This document shows, piece after piece, positions 19,849 through 30,211 of a DNA stretch of 64,000 nucleotides. The notes under the pieces were generated by a model. The model was not told the origin of the DNA. It did not search any database and saw only the letters and a program-made list of their open reading frames with translations. Where the stretch lies: assembly GCA_965216325.1 (NCBI GenBank), contig OZ244160.1, positions 2,688,001 through 2,752,000 of the forward strand, written 5' to 3'. This DNA comes from Coraliomargarita sp. Its GTDB lineage: Bacteria; Verrucomicrobiota; Verrucomicrobiia; Opitutales; Coraliomargaritaceae. Within the stretch, counting starts at the first letter, position 1; each line of letters starts with the position of its first letter. Made by a program: the position numbers and the translations under genes.

Positions 19849-21510
19849 ATGCTTCAATACATCAAAATTAAGAATCTTGCGCTGCTTACGGAAGTGACCC
19901 TTGAGCTGGATTCCGGTTTTACCGCAGTGACTGGTGAGACGGGGGCGGGTAAGAGTGTCCTACTGGGTGCGTTGAGTTTACTCGCTGGTGCACGCACCGA
20001 TAAGACCATGATTCGTCAGGGCAGCGACGAACTTGAGGTCGAAGCCGCCTTGTATTTCGAAGACTCTACTGCGATCGATGCGGAACTGGAGGCCGCGGGA
20101 TTGCCACTTTGCGAGGATGGTGTGTTCCTGCTGCAGCGTAGTATCCATCGCACTAAAATGCCGAAGGTGCGCATCAATGGGAGCATGGCGACTTTGGCGC
20201 AATTGCAAGGTCTCGGGGAAGCATGGGTGGACTTTCATGGACCAGGTGAACCGCAGAAGCTGTTTCAAGAGCGCCGTCAGCTAGAGATGCTCGACGCTTA
20301 TGCAGGTAATCTTGAAACACTGGAGAGTTACCAAAAGGACTTTGCTGAATGGCGAGTAGCCTTGGCTGAGATTGAATCGCTCGAAACGGGCGATCGTCTG
20401 GATGACGATGAGATCGACTTCGTGCGCAAACAGATCAACAAGATCGATGCCGTCGAGGTCAGCGAAGAGTCCATTGCCGATTTGGAGCGCGATTATAGTC
20501 GGATGTCGCAGGCCCAGGAACTCGTTGGTCTGGCTGCGGAATGTTCCGAAGGTATGGTTGGCGAGCAGGGTGTCAGCCTGCAGTTGAGCGCGCTTGTGGG
20601 GCGCTTGGAGTCGCTTGCTGAATTGGATGCTGATTCCGAATCACTGGTCGAGCGCGCGCGCAGTTTGTTGATCGAGCTCGAAGACCTCGGCGATACCGTG
20701 GGGCGTCTGGCGGGCGATTTTGATTTTGATCCGGAAGCCATTGAAGCAGTTTCCGAACGCATGAATCTTTGGCAGGAACTGCGCCGTAAATACGGTGGCA
20801 GTGTCGAAGCCGTGCTTGCGCGGCGCGAAGAGCTGGCCAACAAGTTGGCCGTACAGGGCGATATTGAGGGCGTGCTTGCCAAGAAACGATCTGCTGCGAA
20901 TGAGTTGGAGAAGTGCTTGCGCAAGACTGCTGCGAACTTGCGCAAGGTACGGGAGAAGACTGCTTCCAAACTCGCAGACAAGGCTGCGGATTTGTTGAAG
21001 GCCCTGGGCTTTAAGAGGGCAGGATTGACGATTGAGATCGTAGGTGAGGCTGAGCTGCGTGAGTATGGTGATTCCCGTTGCCGCTTCCTTTTTTCGCCGA
21101 ATGCAGGACAAGACTTACTGCCGCTGAACAAGATTGCGTCAAGTGGTGAGACCGCTCGTGTGATGCTGGCGTTGAAGACCGTGTTAGCCGAGTCGGATGC
21201 GACCCCGCTGTTAGTCTTCGACGAAGTCGATGCGAATGTGGGCGGCGAAGTGGGCCGTGCGGTCGGCGCTGAACTCGCGCGTTTGTCGGTAAAGCATCAG
21301 GTCTTGTGTGTCACACACTTGCCTCAGGTGGCATCCTTGGCTCAGAACCATTTCCTCGTAACTAAGTCGCAAGACGACTCGAGCACGCAGGTCAACATTG
21401 GTCCGATACACCCGGATCGTGAGCAACGTCTTGGTGAGCTGGCCCGTATGTTGGGCGATCGGAACAGTTCGTCTGCGTTAGCGCACGCTGCCGAACTGTT
21501 GAATGTCTGA
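19849..21510 (+). CDS. recN: DNA repair protein RecN
   Basis: TGETGAGKS, coiled coil, IASSGETAR, FDEVDANVGG, VTHLPQVA. Confidence 0.97.
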   Translation: MLQYIKIKNLALLTEVTLELDSGFTAVTGETGAGKSVLLGALSLLAGARTDKTMIRQGSDELEVEAALYFEDSTAIDAELEAAGLPLCEDGVFLLQRSIHRTKMPKVRINGSMATLAQLQGLGEAWVDFHGPGEPQKLFQERRQLEMLDAYAGNLETLESYQKDFAEWRVALAEIESLETGDRLDDDEIDFVRKQINKIDAVEVSEESIADLERDYSRMSQAQELVGLAAECSEGMVGEQGVSLQLSALVGRLESLAELDADSESLVERARSLLIELEDLGDTVGRLAGDFDFDPEAIEAVSERMNLWQELRRKYGGSVEAVLARREELANKLAVQGDIEGVLAKKRSAANELEKCLRKTAANLRKVREKTASKLADKAADLLKALGFKRAGLTIEIVGEAELREYGDSRCRFLFSPNAGQDLLPLNKIASSGETARVMLALKTVLAESDATPLLVFDEVDANVGGEVGRAVGAELARLSVKHQVLCVTHLPQVASLAQNHFLVTKSQDDSSTQVNIGPIHPDREQRLGELARMLGDRNSSSALAHAAELLNV

Positions 21511-21520
21511 TGATTGCTTA

Positions 21521-21595
21521 GTCGGGGCGTTGCTTGCGACGCCCGCAGTGGAAAAGCCATTCATGTGGGGCGGGCTCCGCAAGCGAAGCCCCTAC
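21521..21595. repeat. REP doublet, inverted sibling of 44891-44955
   Basis: GGGGCGTTGCTTGCGACGCCC ... GCGGGCTCCGCAAGCGAAGCCCCTAC. Confidence 0.75.
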
Positions 21596-21600
21596 GATTC

Positions 21601-23385
21601 TTACTCTCGTTCCATCGTCTCCTCGATGGCGTTTTGCTGTCGAGCGATGTCGTGCAGGGTGACGATGCCGAGCAGCTTGGTCGGATCCTTGCGGCTGACG
21701 ATCGGAGCCTGTAGCACGTCCTTAATGACTAAGGTGTTGGCTGCGCTGCGGATGGAGTCGTCAGGATAGATTGAAATAATCTGTTGCTCGGCGATATACT
21801 CTGAGATCGGTTCGTTGTTACCTGCGGCGATGAGCTCTTCGAGTTCATGGTGCATGATCATTCCGATCAGCTCTTGCGAGTTGAGATCCGCGATGACCGG
21901 ATAGCCATGATGCAAGTGGCCACGGTCCCGAATTTGCTCCATGGTTTCAACTGCGTTGAACACGCCGACGGTCGTGTGGCAGTCGTGGGTCATGATCGTG
22001 CTGATTGGCAAGTTGCGCCAGTCTTGCTCGCCACGATAGGCTGGAAGCTTTTTCAGGCTGATGCCGTCCTGTAGGAGTAGGGCATCGTAAATCGGCACTG
22101 CTCGGAGTTTGCAGGAAATGACATAAGCGAGCAAGTTGCCCACCATGAGTGGCAGAATCAGCGAGTAGTTGCGCGTCATCTCAAAGATGATGAGGATCGA
22201 TGTCATCGGACAACGGATCACCGCCGCGAAGAACGCACCGGTTCCGAGTAGAGCGGCACCCGCACGCACGGACTCGTCTACTTGAAAGATATCGACCATG
22301 ATCGCGCCAAAGAGGCCACCGAGCATACTGCCGATGAAAATGACTGGGGCGAAGATGCCACCACTGGCACCGGAGGCATAACAGACTGCAGTGGCAAGGA
22401 GTTTGCCGATCAGAAGCAGGAGTAGCACTTCCCACGTCAGATTGCCGTTCAGAGCGCCATTCAAGTCATCGTAACCAATACTGAAGACACCGTGGTGACC
22501 GTTACTGAATTGAAAAACGGTGATGCCAATCAGGCCTACAGATAGTCCGCCGAGGGCAGGCTTGAGCCAGATGGGGAAGTTTTGCCACTGTTTGAAGCGC
22601 CCACGGAGGCTGAGCAGCATGGCAGTGAAGCCATGTCCTAAAAATGCGGCTGCAGGGCCGAGCACGAGGCAGATCAACATCCACCATGAAGTGGTAAAGA
22701 ATTCTTCGTCTGCTTGGAGGGCGCCGTGTTCGCCGAGGATCGTACGCTCCACGACCGCTGCCACGACAACTGCAATCAGGATGCCACCGAGCGCTTTACT
22801 GCTGAAGTTATCCATCAGCTCCTCGAACACGAAGGTGATCGCAGAGATCGGCGCATTGAAGGCCGCAGAGATACCGGCACCCATGCCGACTGGAACCATC
22901 GCCTGTACACGCAGTTTACCGAGGCCAAAGAGCCGACCGATTTTTGAGGAGACTGCACTGCAGATATGCACGGTTGGGCCTTCGCGGCCGAGGCTATTAC
23001 CAAATGCAACCGAGATCGTGCCGATGATGAAGCGCCAGAAGGCCTCCATGACCGGGATAACACCGAACTTCTGGTAGTAGGCGGCTTTGGTCTGCGGAAT
23101 ACCCGAACCGGCTGCGGTGGGGGAAACATAGCGCAACATGAGGCCGACGATCAGGCCTGCAACTGCAGGGGAGAGGACCATCGCGGGTGCAGCCCATGCT
23201 CCAAGTCCGGCATAGAAGCCGAAGAGTGTTTCAAAAAGGCCGGTGATCAATAAGTGGAAACTGACGCCGATCAGGCCACAGACCACACCCGAGCAGATAC
23301 ACAGTGCAAGAAAGCGTTGCGCGTCGTCGAAGCGTCCGCGCATCCAATTTGGTAAATTATTAAGGCTAAAAGGTTCCCGAGCCAT
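21601..23385 (-). CDS. ClC-type chloride channel/H+ antiporter with CBS pair
   Basis: GSGIP, GREGP, FEE, GGIFAP motifs and C-terminal CBS domains. Confidence 0.96.
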   Translation of the reverse strand: MAREPFSLNNLPNWMRGRFDDAQRFLALCICSGVVCGLIGVSFHLLITGLFETLFGFYAGLGAWAAPAMVLSPAVAGLIVGLMLRYVSPTAAGSGIPQTKAAYYQKFGVIPVMEAFWRFIIGTISVAFGNSLGREGPTVHICSAVSSKIGRLFGLGKLRVQAMVPVGMGAGISAAFNAPISAITFVFEELMDNFSSKALGGILIAVVVAAVVERTILGEHGALQADEEFFTTSWWMLICLVLGPAAAFLGHGFTAMLLSLRGRFKQWQNFPIWLKPALGGLSVGLIGITVFQFSNGHHGVFSIGYDDLNGALNGNLTWEVLLLLLIGKLLATAVCYASGASGGIFAPVIFIGSMLGGLFGAIMVDIFQVDESVRAGAALLGTGAFFAAVIRCPMTSILIIFEMTRNYSLILPLMVGNLLAYVISCKLRAVPIYDALLLQDGISLKKLPAYRGEQDWRNLPISTIMTHDCHTTVGVFNAVETMEQIRDRGHLHHGYPVIADLNSQELIGMIMHHELEELIAAGNNEPISEYIAEQQIISIYPDDSIRSAANTLVIKDVLQAPIVSRKDPTKLLGIVTLHDIARQQNAIEETMERE

Positions 23386-23534
23386 GTCTTGTGCAGCAAA
23401 AAGAAAGGCCGCCAGCCCTTTGTCTGACGGCCTTCAAGGGTATGAAACAAAACTTTTTTGAATGCACGGAAGAAATTTGAAAAAATTACTTGGCAAGATG
23501 AAGAACAGGCCTACTGTCTCGGGCTTCCTCCTCT

Positions 23535-23626
<92 letters not shown>

Positions 23627-23769
23627 AGACCGCTCGAAAGAACGGTCTTTCTTTTTGCACGAGTGCGCCGGATGAGCCGGGTCTACACCAAAGTTTGGGG
23701 AGTGAGGCTATTATTATTGATATTATAGTGTTACCCGCACTGAGCGATGACGCGTAGTCGGTAGTTGCT

Positions 23770-23815
23770 AATCCGCTCCCACCACCACTTTTAAAACCCG
23801 TTCGAAAGAACGTTT
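23770..23815 (+). repeat. Degenerate direct repeat of the tRNA-Tyr 3' end and its terminator
   Basis: AATCCGCTCCCACCACCA-TTTTAAA...CGTTCGAAAGAACG versus 23602-23647. Confidence 0.8.
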
Positions 23816-23834
23816 TTTGGTCTAGATTCATGCT

Positions 23835-23895
23835 CGCACAGGCGTTTCGCCTGTGTTTTAGCTCGTGAAGGAAGCAGGCAAGATGCCTGTTCTAC
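23835..23895. repeat. REP doublet (ACAGGC..GCCTGT subfamily)
   Basis: Arms shared with 62053-62118 and the element starting at 9636. Confidence 0.7.
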
Positions 23896-23960
23896 ATAAA
23901 GAAAAGGCACTCTCGAACGGTTCGAGAGCGCCTTGTATTAAAGTAGTAATATGGGTGAGC

Positions 23961-24419
23961 CTAGGCGACTTCGAAGATCGCTTGGATCTCTACGGTGGTG
24001 TCGAGTGGCAAGCCGGTGACAGCAACGGCAGCACGTGTGTGACGGCCACGGTCCCCGAGGATCTCGACCATGGTGTCGGATGCGCCGTTGATCACCTTTG
24101 GGCTGTCGGCAAAGCCAGGGACGCCGTTGACGAAGCCGTTGAGCTGCACGACGCGGCTGACTTTATCAAGATCGCCAAGGTGGGTTTTTGCAACTGCGAG
24201 CAAGTTGAGTGCGCAGACGCGCGCAGCTTCTTGTCCGTAAGCGATGTCGCGGGTTTCACCGATCTTGCCTGTGTGGGTCATTTCGCCGTTTACCAGGCAG
24301 ATTGCGCCGGAGAGATAGAGTAGGTTGCCTACTTGCATGGAGGCGACATAGTTGCCTGCAGGTGTGGGAGCGGTAGGTAGTTCGATACCGAGTTCTTGGA
24401 GTCGTTCGTCTGTAGTCAT
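23961..24419 (-). CDS. RidA/YjgF/YER057c family protein
   Basis: LPTAPTPAGNY, LYLSG, VINGASD, GRHTRAAV, VEI. Confidence 0.93.
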   Translation of the reverse strand: MTTDERLQELGIELPTAPTPAGNYVASMQVGNLLYLSGAICLVNGEMTHTGKIGETRDIAYGQEAARVCALNLLAVAKTHLGDLDKVSRVVQLNGFVNGVPGFADSPKVINGASDTMVEILGDRGRHTRAAVAVTGLPLDTTVEIQAIFEVA

Positions 24420-24423
24420 GGGA

Positions 24424-24586
24424 TGAACGTTGAACATCGAACGTCGAACGTCGAACATCGAATGAAGTGGATGTGAACTTAGGTTCTGCCTATATCGCTC
24501 ATTCGTGTGCGCAGCGAGGACGCTGCTGCGCTACCTGTCCAATGTCGTTCAACATTCGAAGTTGGACGTTCGATGTTCAACGTTCC
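24424..24586. repeat. Inverted pair of 7-nt tandem arrays enclosing a half REP
   Basis: tgaacgttgaacatcgaacgtcgaacgtcgaacatcgaat ... ttcaacattcgaagttggacgttcgatgttcaacgttc. Confidence 0.85.
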
Positions 24587-25887
24587 CCGTAGGGGTGTTC
24601 GCCTTCGGAGTTCGCGATGACGACGGCTCCAACTGTGTCGCTGAAGACGTTGACCGATGTGCGGCACATGTCGAGGATGCGGTCCGTGACCCAAACCACG
24701 CCGATCGCTTCGACGGGAAGGCCTACTGCAGGCAGAATGACCGCAATGGCAACCAGACTAGCGGATGGAATGCCAGCGACGCCGATACTCGTCGTCAATG
24801 CGAGGAGCACGACCAGTAGTTGTTGTCCAAGATCCAGTGCGACGGCACCGGTCGCGGCATAGAGCTGTGCGATGAAGAGCACGACAATGCACTCATACAG
24901 GGCAGTGCCGTCCATGTTAACCGTTGCGCCGAGCGGAAGGGTAAACGAGCTGGTTTTCTTCGAGACGCCGGCACGCTCTTCCACCGTTTCAATCGTGAGC
25001 GGTAGGGTCGCGGATGAGCTGGCCGTTGAGAAAGAGGTGAGTAGCACGGGCGCCATGGCCTTATAGTGCGCAAAGGGGGGCACTTTGCCGACGAGTTTCA
25101 AGGTCAGCCCGAGGCTGATGAAGAAGTGAATTGCGAGTGCCAGTAAAACAGTGATGAAGAACATCAGGATGGCACCTATGAGATCGCCAATTGGGGCGCG
25201 CAAGAGCACGGGGGTGACCAATCCGAAGACACCGATAGGAGCGAAGCGGATGATGAAGTCGGTGAGCTTGAGCATAACTTCCTGTGTGCTTTCCCAGAAC
25301 TTGTGCTGCGCTTCGCGGTGCTCTGCTTTCAGCTTGCCGATGAAGGCGCCGAATAGAATCGAGAAGGTGATCACTCCGAGGAGCTGTCCGTTATTAGTGG
25401 CCGCATCCACGATATTGGACGGGAACATGCGTTGAAAAATTTCAAACAGATCGCTCGAGCTGCGGCCTTCGACTTTATCAAGCAGGCCTTCATTGAGTGC
25501 AGTTTCGCTGGCGCGTCCAAGCATGGCTTGTGCGGTCTCGGCGTCGATGTTGCCAGGCTGTAGGAGGTTCACCACAATGAGGCCAACAGTCACCGCGATG
25601 GCGCCGCTGAAGGTATAGTAGGCGAAGGTCTTTAGCCCCATGCGCCCGACACCTTTCTCGGCACCCAGATGCATGACCCCAGTTATAATCGAGCTGACGA
25701 TGAGCGGCACGATCACCATCTTCAACGCATTCATAAAAAGCTTTCCGATGAATTGGCAGAAGCCTTCAAACTCTGCGCTAAAGGCTTCGCCCGCGAGCGG
25801 GAGAAGCAGGAATCCGAACAGCGCGGCAAGCGCGAGGGAGATGAGAATTTGCCAGTGTAGTTGTAAGCGTGTCGGGTTGGCAGTCAT
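24577..25887 (-). CDS. Dicarboxylate/amino acid:cation symporter (GltP/DctA family)
   Basis: [40 protein letters not shown]. Confidence 0.96.
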   Translation of the reverse strand: MTANPTRLQLHWQILISLALAALFGFLLLPLAGEAFSAEFEGFCQFIGKLFMNALKMVIVPLIVSSIITGVMHLGAEKGVGRMGLKTFAYYTFSGAIAVTVGLIVVNLLQPGNIDAETAQAMLGRASETALNEGLLDKVEGRSSSDLFEIFQRMFPSNIVDAATNNGQLLGVITFSILFGAFIGKLKAEHREAQHKFWESTQEVMLKLTDFIIRFAPIGVFGLVTPVLLRAPIGDLIGAILMFFITVLLALAIHFFISLGLTLKLVGKVPPFAHYKAMAPVLLTSFSTASSSATLPLTIETVEERAGVSKKTSSFTLPLGATVNMDGTALYECIVVLFIAQLYAATGAVALDLGQQLLVVLLALTTSIGVAGIPSASLVAIAVILPAVGLPVEAIGVVWVTDRILDMCRTSVNVFSDTVGAVVIANSEGEHPYGER

Positions 25888-25976
25888 AAGCAGCAGTTTG
25901 TTGTTGGATGATTGAGCATCAACAACTCCTGCGGGTTTTCCAGTCTAAAGCTAGACGGTCATCTTCCCTGTATGTG

Positions 25977-27644
25977 CTAGGCTTCCTTCTTTGTTTCCGA
26001 GGCTTCCGCATACATCTCGATCGGTTGCTCGTTGTGTTTGCTGCATGCGGCAAGTGCTTTCTCGAAGCTTCGTTTATTGACTGGCTTCGGCACATAGAAA
26101 TTCATGCCTGAACGATAGCACTCTTCGCGGGCGTGATCGCTGGTCTGTGCGGTCATGGCAGAGATGAAGATGGAGCTGTTCTGGTCGCCTGCCTTGCCAG
26201 ACCGAATGAGTCGGGTGGTCTCGTAGCCGGTTAGCTCCGGCATGCGGCAGTCCATGAACACACAGTCAAACTGAGTTTCTTGCAGTTTTTGTAGGCCTTC
26301 TGAGCCACTCATTGCCAAGTGAACTTCACAGCTGAGAAGTTGCAGGAAGCGCTTTGCAACGTCGAGGTTGACCTTGTTGTCGTCGATGATGAGGACCCTG
26401 AGTTGTGGTTCTCTCTGCGATTTTGTTGCTTGCTCTACCAGACGTTTGATCTGTTCGTCTTTATGTGCTTGCTGAGCCGATTTAGGAGACAAGATTTTGA
26501 CCGGAATCTCTACACGGTAGCAACTGCCGTCAGCTTCGGATTCTTCGTAGGTGAAAGACCCTTTAAGCTTTGCGATGATACCAGTTGAAACGATTAGGCC
26601 GATGTCATAGCGGTCGGGGTTGAGTTCTGTATTCAGTGAATTCAGACTGTTCCAGTTCGTTCCAGTCGCTGTAATTTCGATGATTAGACTGTGGATCTTC
26701 TTGCGCGTAATTTTGCGTGCAGAGATGCGGATGCCTCCTGACTGAGTATGGTCAATGGCTTTTGCGATGATGTTTTCAATGGCACGTGCGAAGTACTTTT
26801 GGTCGCCGATGACATAGTCTGGAATGACTGCGCTTTGGAGTTCGATGGCCAAGCCTTTTTCTGCGGCTTCAGTTGCAGTTCGATGAATGCAAGTTTGGAT
26901 TATTTCCGCGGGAGAGTAGGTCGTTTCCGTTAACTCGAGTTTGTCTGCTTCTAAGTGTGCGTATTCAATCGTGCTATCAATTAGGCGCAGAAGAGTTTTC
27001 GCACAAGCGTTGGCTGACTGAACCATTTGAGATTGCTCGCCTTTCAGTTTGGTTTCGGCAATCAGTTCAAGCACCCCTTGGATGCTGGTCATCGGTGTCT
27101 TGGCTTCGTGCCCGAAGCGCATGATGAAGTCTTCTCGAGATTGGATGAGTTGCTCAATTTTGCGTTTGTATTCGCTTTTCGTCGAAGAGAGGTGGGCGAC
27201 TTTCTCTTTTTGAATATACTGGCTTCGGGTGCTTTCTGCGAGCTGGTCGGAGTAATAGTCTTTTTGAATCCGTAGGAGTGTGCGAAAGCAGACCAAACCA
27301 ACGAATGACATGTCGTCATCGATAATTACGATGTCATGAGTCGAGCTGGATGACTGCTTTATTGCATAGTTTAGGTTGTCCTCAATGGGCAGTGCTGAGG
27401 TGCAAATGATGGGGGCTGCGATTAAGCAATCCTCGACAGCTTTGGGCTTGTTGAAGGCTGATGCTTCTTGCGCTTCGATCTTTTGGATAGAGGTTAGGCC
27501 GATGACGAGGCTACCTCGGGTCACTGCTCCATATCCGGTGGGTGAAGATGCGAGCAGTCGCTTGGCTTTTCGGATTGAATTCTCCGAGTCAATCTTTGTT
27601 AGGTGGTCAATGTAGTTCTGTATGCCGTGGGAATTGGTTTTCAT
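25977..27644 (-). CDS. Hybrid histidine kinase-like protein (CBS-like sensor, HisKA, degenerate HATPase, REC)
   Basis: H-box GHEAKTPM; receiver IIDDN, FMDCRMP, MTA, KP; N, G1, F and G2 boxes eroded. Confidence 0.85.
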   Translation of the reverse strand: MKTNSHGIQNYIDHLTKIDSENSIRKAKRLLASSPTGYGAVTRGSLVIGLTSIQKIEAQEASAFNKPKAVEDCLIAAPIICTSALPIEDNLNYAIKQSSSSTHDIVIIDDDMSFVGLVCFRTLLRIQKDYYSDQLAESTRSQYIQKEKVAHLSSTKSEYKRKIEQLIQSREDFIMRFGHEAKTPMTSIQGVLELIAETKLKGEQSQMVQSANACAKTLLRLIDSTIEYAHLEADKLELTETTYSPAEIIQTCIHRTATEAAEKGLAIELQSAVIPDYVIGDQKYFARAIENIIAKAIDHTQSGGIRISARKITRKKIHSLIIEITATGTNWNSLNSLNTELNPDRYDIGLIVSTGIIAKLKGSFTYEESEADGSCYRVEIPVKILSPKSAQQAHKDEQIKRLVEQATKSQREPQLRVLIIDDNKVNLDVAKRFLQLLSCEVHLAMSGSEGLQKLQETQFDCVFMDCRMPELTGYETTRLIRSGKAGDQNSSIFISAMTAQTSDHAREECYRSGMNFYVPKPVNKRSFEKALAACSKHNEQPIEMYAEASETKKEA

Positions 27645-27763
27645 TGGGTAGTGCTAATATAAGGTTTACCGCTACAAAAACCGTTTGCACCTTTCCCACA
27701 ACCAGTGGAGGTCGAAAGCGTTCGAATTTACACTTTTTTAAAGTGGGTTAGGTTGTGCTACTA

Positions 27764-28585
27764 CTAAAGCAGGGCCACCCATTCTGAGCCGGGGATTTCT
27801 TCAGGGCGCACCGTTGGAGAATAGCCTTTTTCGACCAACTGCTCATACCAAATTTTGGCCCGTGGATAGGGGTCCTTTTTGCACAGCGCACCGAGTTGTT
27901 TGCGGCGTTGAGTGAAGATGCGGCGCACGCATGCGCGGGCTTCTTCGGTAAAGCGAATTGCGTCTGGCTTTAAGTCGATACGAAGCAGTGTGGAATCGAC
28001 TTTCGGTGCGGGGTGAAAACAGTTGGCTGAGACGAGGTGCTTGCTGTGCACATCGTAAGCCGCCTGAAGGAAGATCGAAATCGCTCCGAAGGTCTTGCTG
28101 CCGTGCGGTGCAATATAGCGATCCGCGGCTTCTTTCTGAAGCATGAGGACCATCCGCTGGGGGAGCGGGCCAGCGAGAATTGCTTCCATCCATGGTGTGG
28201 AAACCGCATAGGGAAGATTCGCGACGATCTTAAAGCCTGCTTCGGCTTTATCGTCAGGCAGGGCGGCGCGCGGGTGATCGAGGCAGTCGCCTTCGGTCAG
28301 GTCGAGGCGGTCTTGTTGGGGGGCGAGTTTGTTGCGCAGATACTCGGCGAGTGTGCTGTCCCGCTCGACGGCGTAGAGTTGTGCTCCAGTGCTTAAGATT
28401 GCGCGAGTCAATGTGCCGAGGCCGGGGCCAACTTCGACGACATTGCTCTCGGGGCCGATATTGGCCAGTTCGATGGACTTACGCACGATATTGCCATCGA
28501 CCAGAAAGTTCTGACCGAGCTTCTTGTTGGGAAAGTGTTCGAGTTCTCCGAGGAGCTCGCGTGTCTGGTTCGGGCTAAGTGGCAC
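27764..28585 (-). CDS. rsmA: 16S rRNA m6,2A dimethyltransferase
   Basis: KKLGQNFL, EVGPGLGTLT, VANLPY, FHPAPKVDS. Confidence 0.97.
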   Translation of the reverse strand: MPLSPNQTRELLGELEHFPNKKLGQNFLVDGNIVRKSIELANIGPESNVVEVGPGLGTLTRAILSTGAQLYAVERDSTLAEYLRNKLAPQQDRLDLTEGDCLDHPRAALPDDKAEAGFKIVANLPYAVSTPWMEAILAGPLPQRMVLMLQKEAADRYIAPHGSKTFGAISIFLQAAYDVHSKHLVSANCFHPAPKVDSTLLRIDLKPDAIRFTEEARACVRRIFTQRRKQLGALCKKDPYPRAKIWYEQLVEKGYSPTVRPEEIPGSEWVALL

Positions 28586-28612
28586 GTGTCGTTAACCTAG
28601 AGAATGGGTGGG

Positions 28613-28874
28613 ACCGTTAATTTACGTGAATTAACGTTAATTGTCTGAGATATTACCAGCCATTAGGGCGTGGATTTTGATGTTCTGGAACCATGAGTCC
28701 AAGGACGATCATTAATGATCGCAATCAGCGGGATGAGTGCAGCGACTGTGATGATCATCTGTTTCATTTAATTCGTAGGACAGCTAGGTTGAACCTAGGT
28801 TGCAAGATCGTATGAGTTGTCTGTCCTGCACATGGTTTACTTAGTATTTACGTAAATTGACGTTAATTAACGGT
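28613..28874. repeat. Inverted pair of 10-nt tandem arrays flanking about 200 bp of cargo
   Basis: accgttaatttacgtgaattaacgttaatt (28613-28642) and atttacgtaaattgacgttaattaacggt (28846-28874). Confidence 0.8.
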
Positions 28875-28903
28875 TTTATGTCAGAAGCCTGATTAGTAAT
28901 TGT

Positions 28904-29593
28904 TTAGAAGCCTTGCTCGGGATTGCCGCCGAGCGGTGCGGCAGGGGCGCTACGTGGATCTTTTAGATCGGCAGCGTAGTTTTTATGCTGCTGCCAGCCT
29001 GCGCGGAAGGGGGCGCCGTGTTCCTTGATCCATTCGGTGATGGTATCGAGCACTGTAGGGTCGTTGTGCTTGGACCATTCAGGGTGCAGCCAAATGATTT
29101 GGTCCGTGCATGGGTTCCAGCCGAGTACGGCTAGTTTATCTAGGTATTCACTGATTGCAGTGGGCGAATCGACGATGACTTTGAGTTCGTTGGCTTGTTG
29201 GAGATTTTCCGGTAGGGGCCACTTCCAGCGCTTGGGGCTGAGGGTAATCCAGTCAAAGTCACCACGGATTTTGAAGGCGCCGCTGGTTTCAAGGTGTGTG
29301 CGTTGATCAATCCGATGCAGTTCGGAAGTGAGCTCGCTAAGGTCGTGGATCGCTGGTTCGCCGCCTGTGATAACAGTGAACTCCGCTTTAGTTGCACTGA
29401 CTGCTGCTACGAGTTCGGCTGGTTCGATGCGGTTGATATGATCCGGCACGTAATCAGGGTGCCAAGTTCCCGCTGAATCACACCATGGGCAATGCACAGG
29501 GCAGCCGAAGGTGCGGATGAAGTAAGCCGCCCGTCCAACGTGGCAGCCTTCACCTTGGAAGCTGTAGAACTGTTCGTGGACGGGGAGTTTCAT
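28904..29593 (-). CDS. queE: 7-carboxy-7-deazaguanine synthase (radical SAM)
   Basis: [38 protein letters not shown]. Confidence 0.95.
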   Translation of the reverse strand: MKLPVHEQFYSFQGEGCHVGRAAYFIRTFGCPVHCPWCDSAGTWHPDYVPDHINRIEPAELVAAVSATKAEFTVITGGEPAIHDLSELTSELHRIDQRTHLETSGAFKIRGDFDWITLSPKRWKWPLPENLQQANELKVIVDSPTAISEYLDKLAVLGWNPCTDQIIWLHPEWSKHNDPTVLDTITEWIKEHGAPFRAGWQQHKNYAADLKDPRSAPAAPLGGNPEQGF

Positions 29594-29735
29594 CTGTAAT
29601 TTGCTTTAGAGTAGGATTTACTACGACAGGCACGACGTAGTGTGAACGAAGATGGCGGAGCAAAAACACGAAGGCCCTGATGCTTCGGTCGCTAAGTTTC
29701 GTCTTTTTCGTGCCTTTCGTAGTCTAAAACATCGC

Positions 29736-30170
29736 CTATTCTGTTGGTGTGTATTTCGCTGAGTTCTTGGAGTCTTCTTCGATTTCGACCGAAACAATCC
29801 ACACACGCTCGTCGGTTTGCTTGGCGACCATTGGATTGAATACGTCGTAGAGGTGCTTCGCGAGGCCTTCGCTGGAGCAGTTCGGCACAATATACGGTTG
29901 GAACAAGTATCCGAAGCTTTCGAGTAACTGGTCTTTCTCTGGGTCGTCCTCGTTCAGTAAGCAGGCGTGGTCGAGATTTTCATCGATCCAAGCCTTGAGG
30001 TATTTGAGTTTGCCGAAGTCGACGACGAACCCATTGGCGTCGGTCTCCTTGCAAGCGAAGGTCAATGTGATCGCCCAGTTGTGGCCATGAATGAGAGCGC
30101 AGTGTCCATCGTGATGGTGTTGGCGGTGTGCGAACGGGATGTCGCGATAAGTTTTGGTGCAAGTAAGCAT
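29736..30170 (-). CDS. queD: 6-carboxytetrahydropterin synthase
   Basis: AHRQ...[26 protein letters not shown]. Confidence 0.93.
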   Translation of the reverse strand: MLTCTKTYRDIPFAHRQHHHDGHCALIHGHNWAITLTFACKETDANGFVVDFGKLKYLKAWIDENLDHACLLNEDDPEKDQLLESFGYLFQPYIVPNCSSEGLAKHLYDVFNPMVAKQTDERVWIVSVEIEEDSKNSAKYTPTE

Positions 30171-30211
30171 ACTTCTGAAGGGTGAAAGCTGAGGCCTGAT
30201 ACTTGAGTAAA

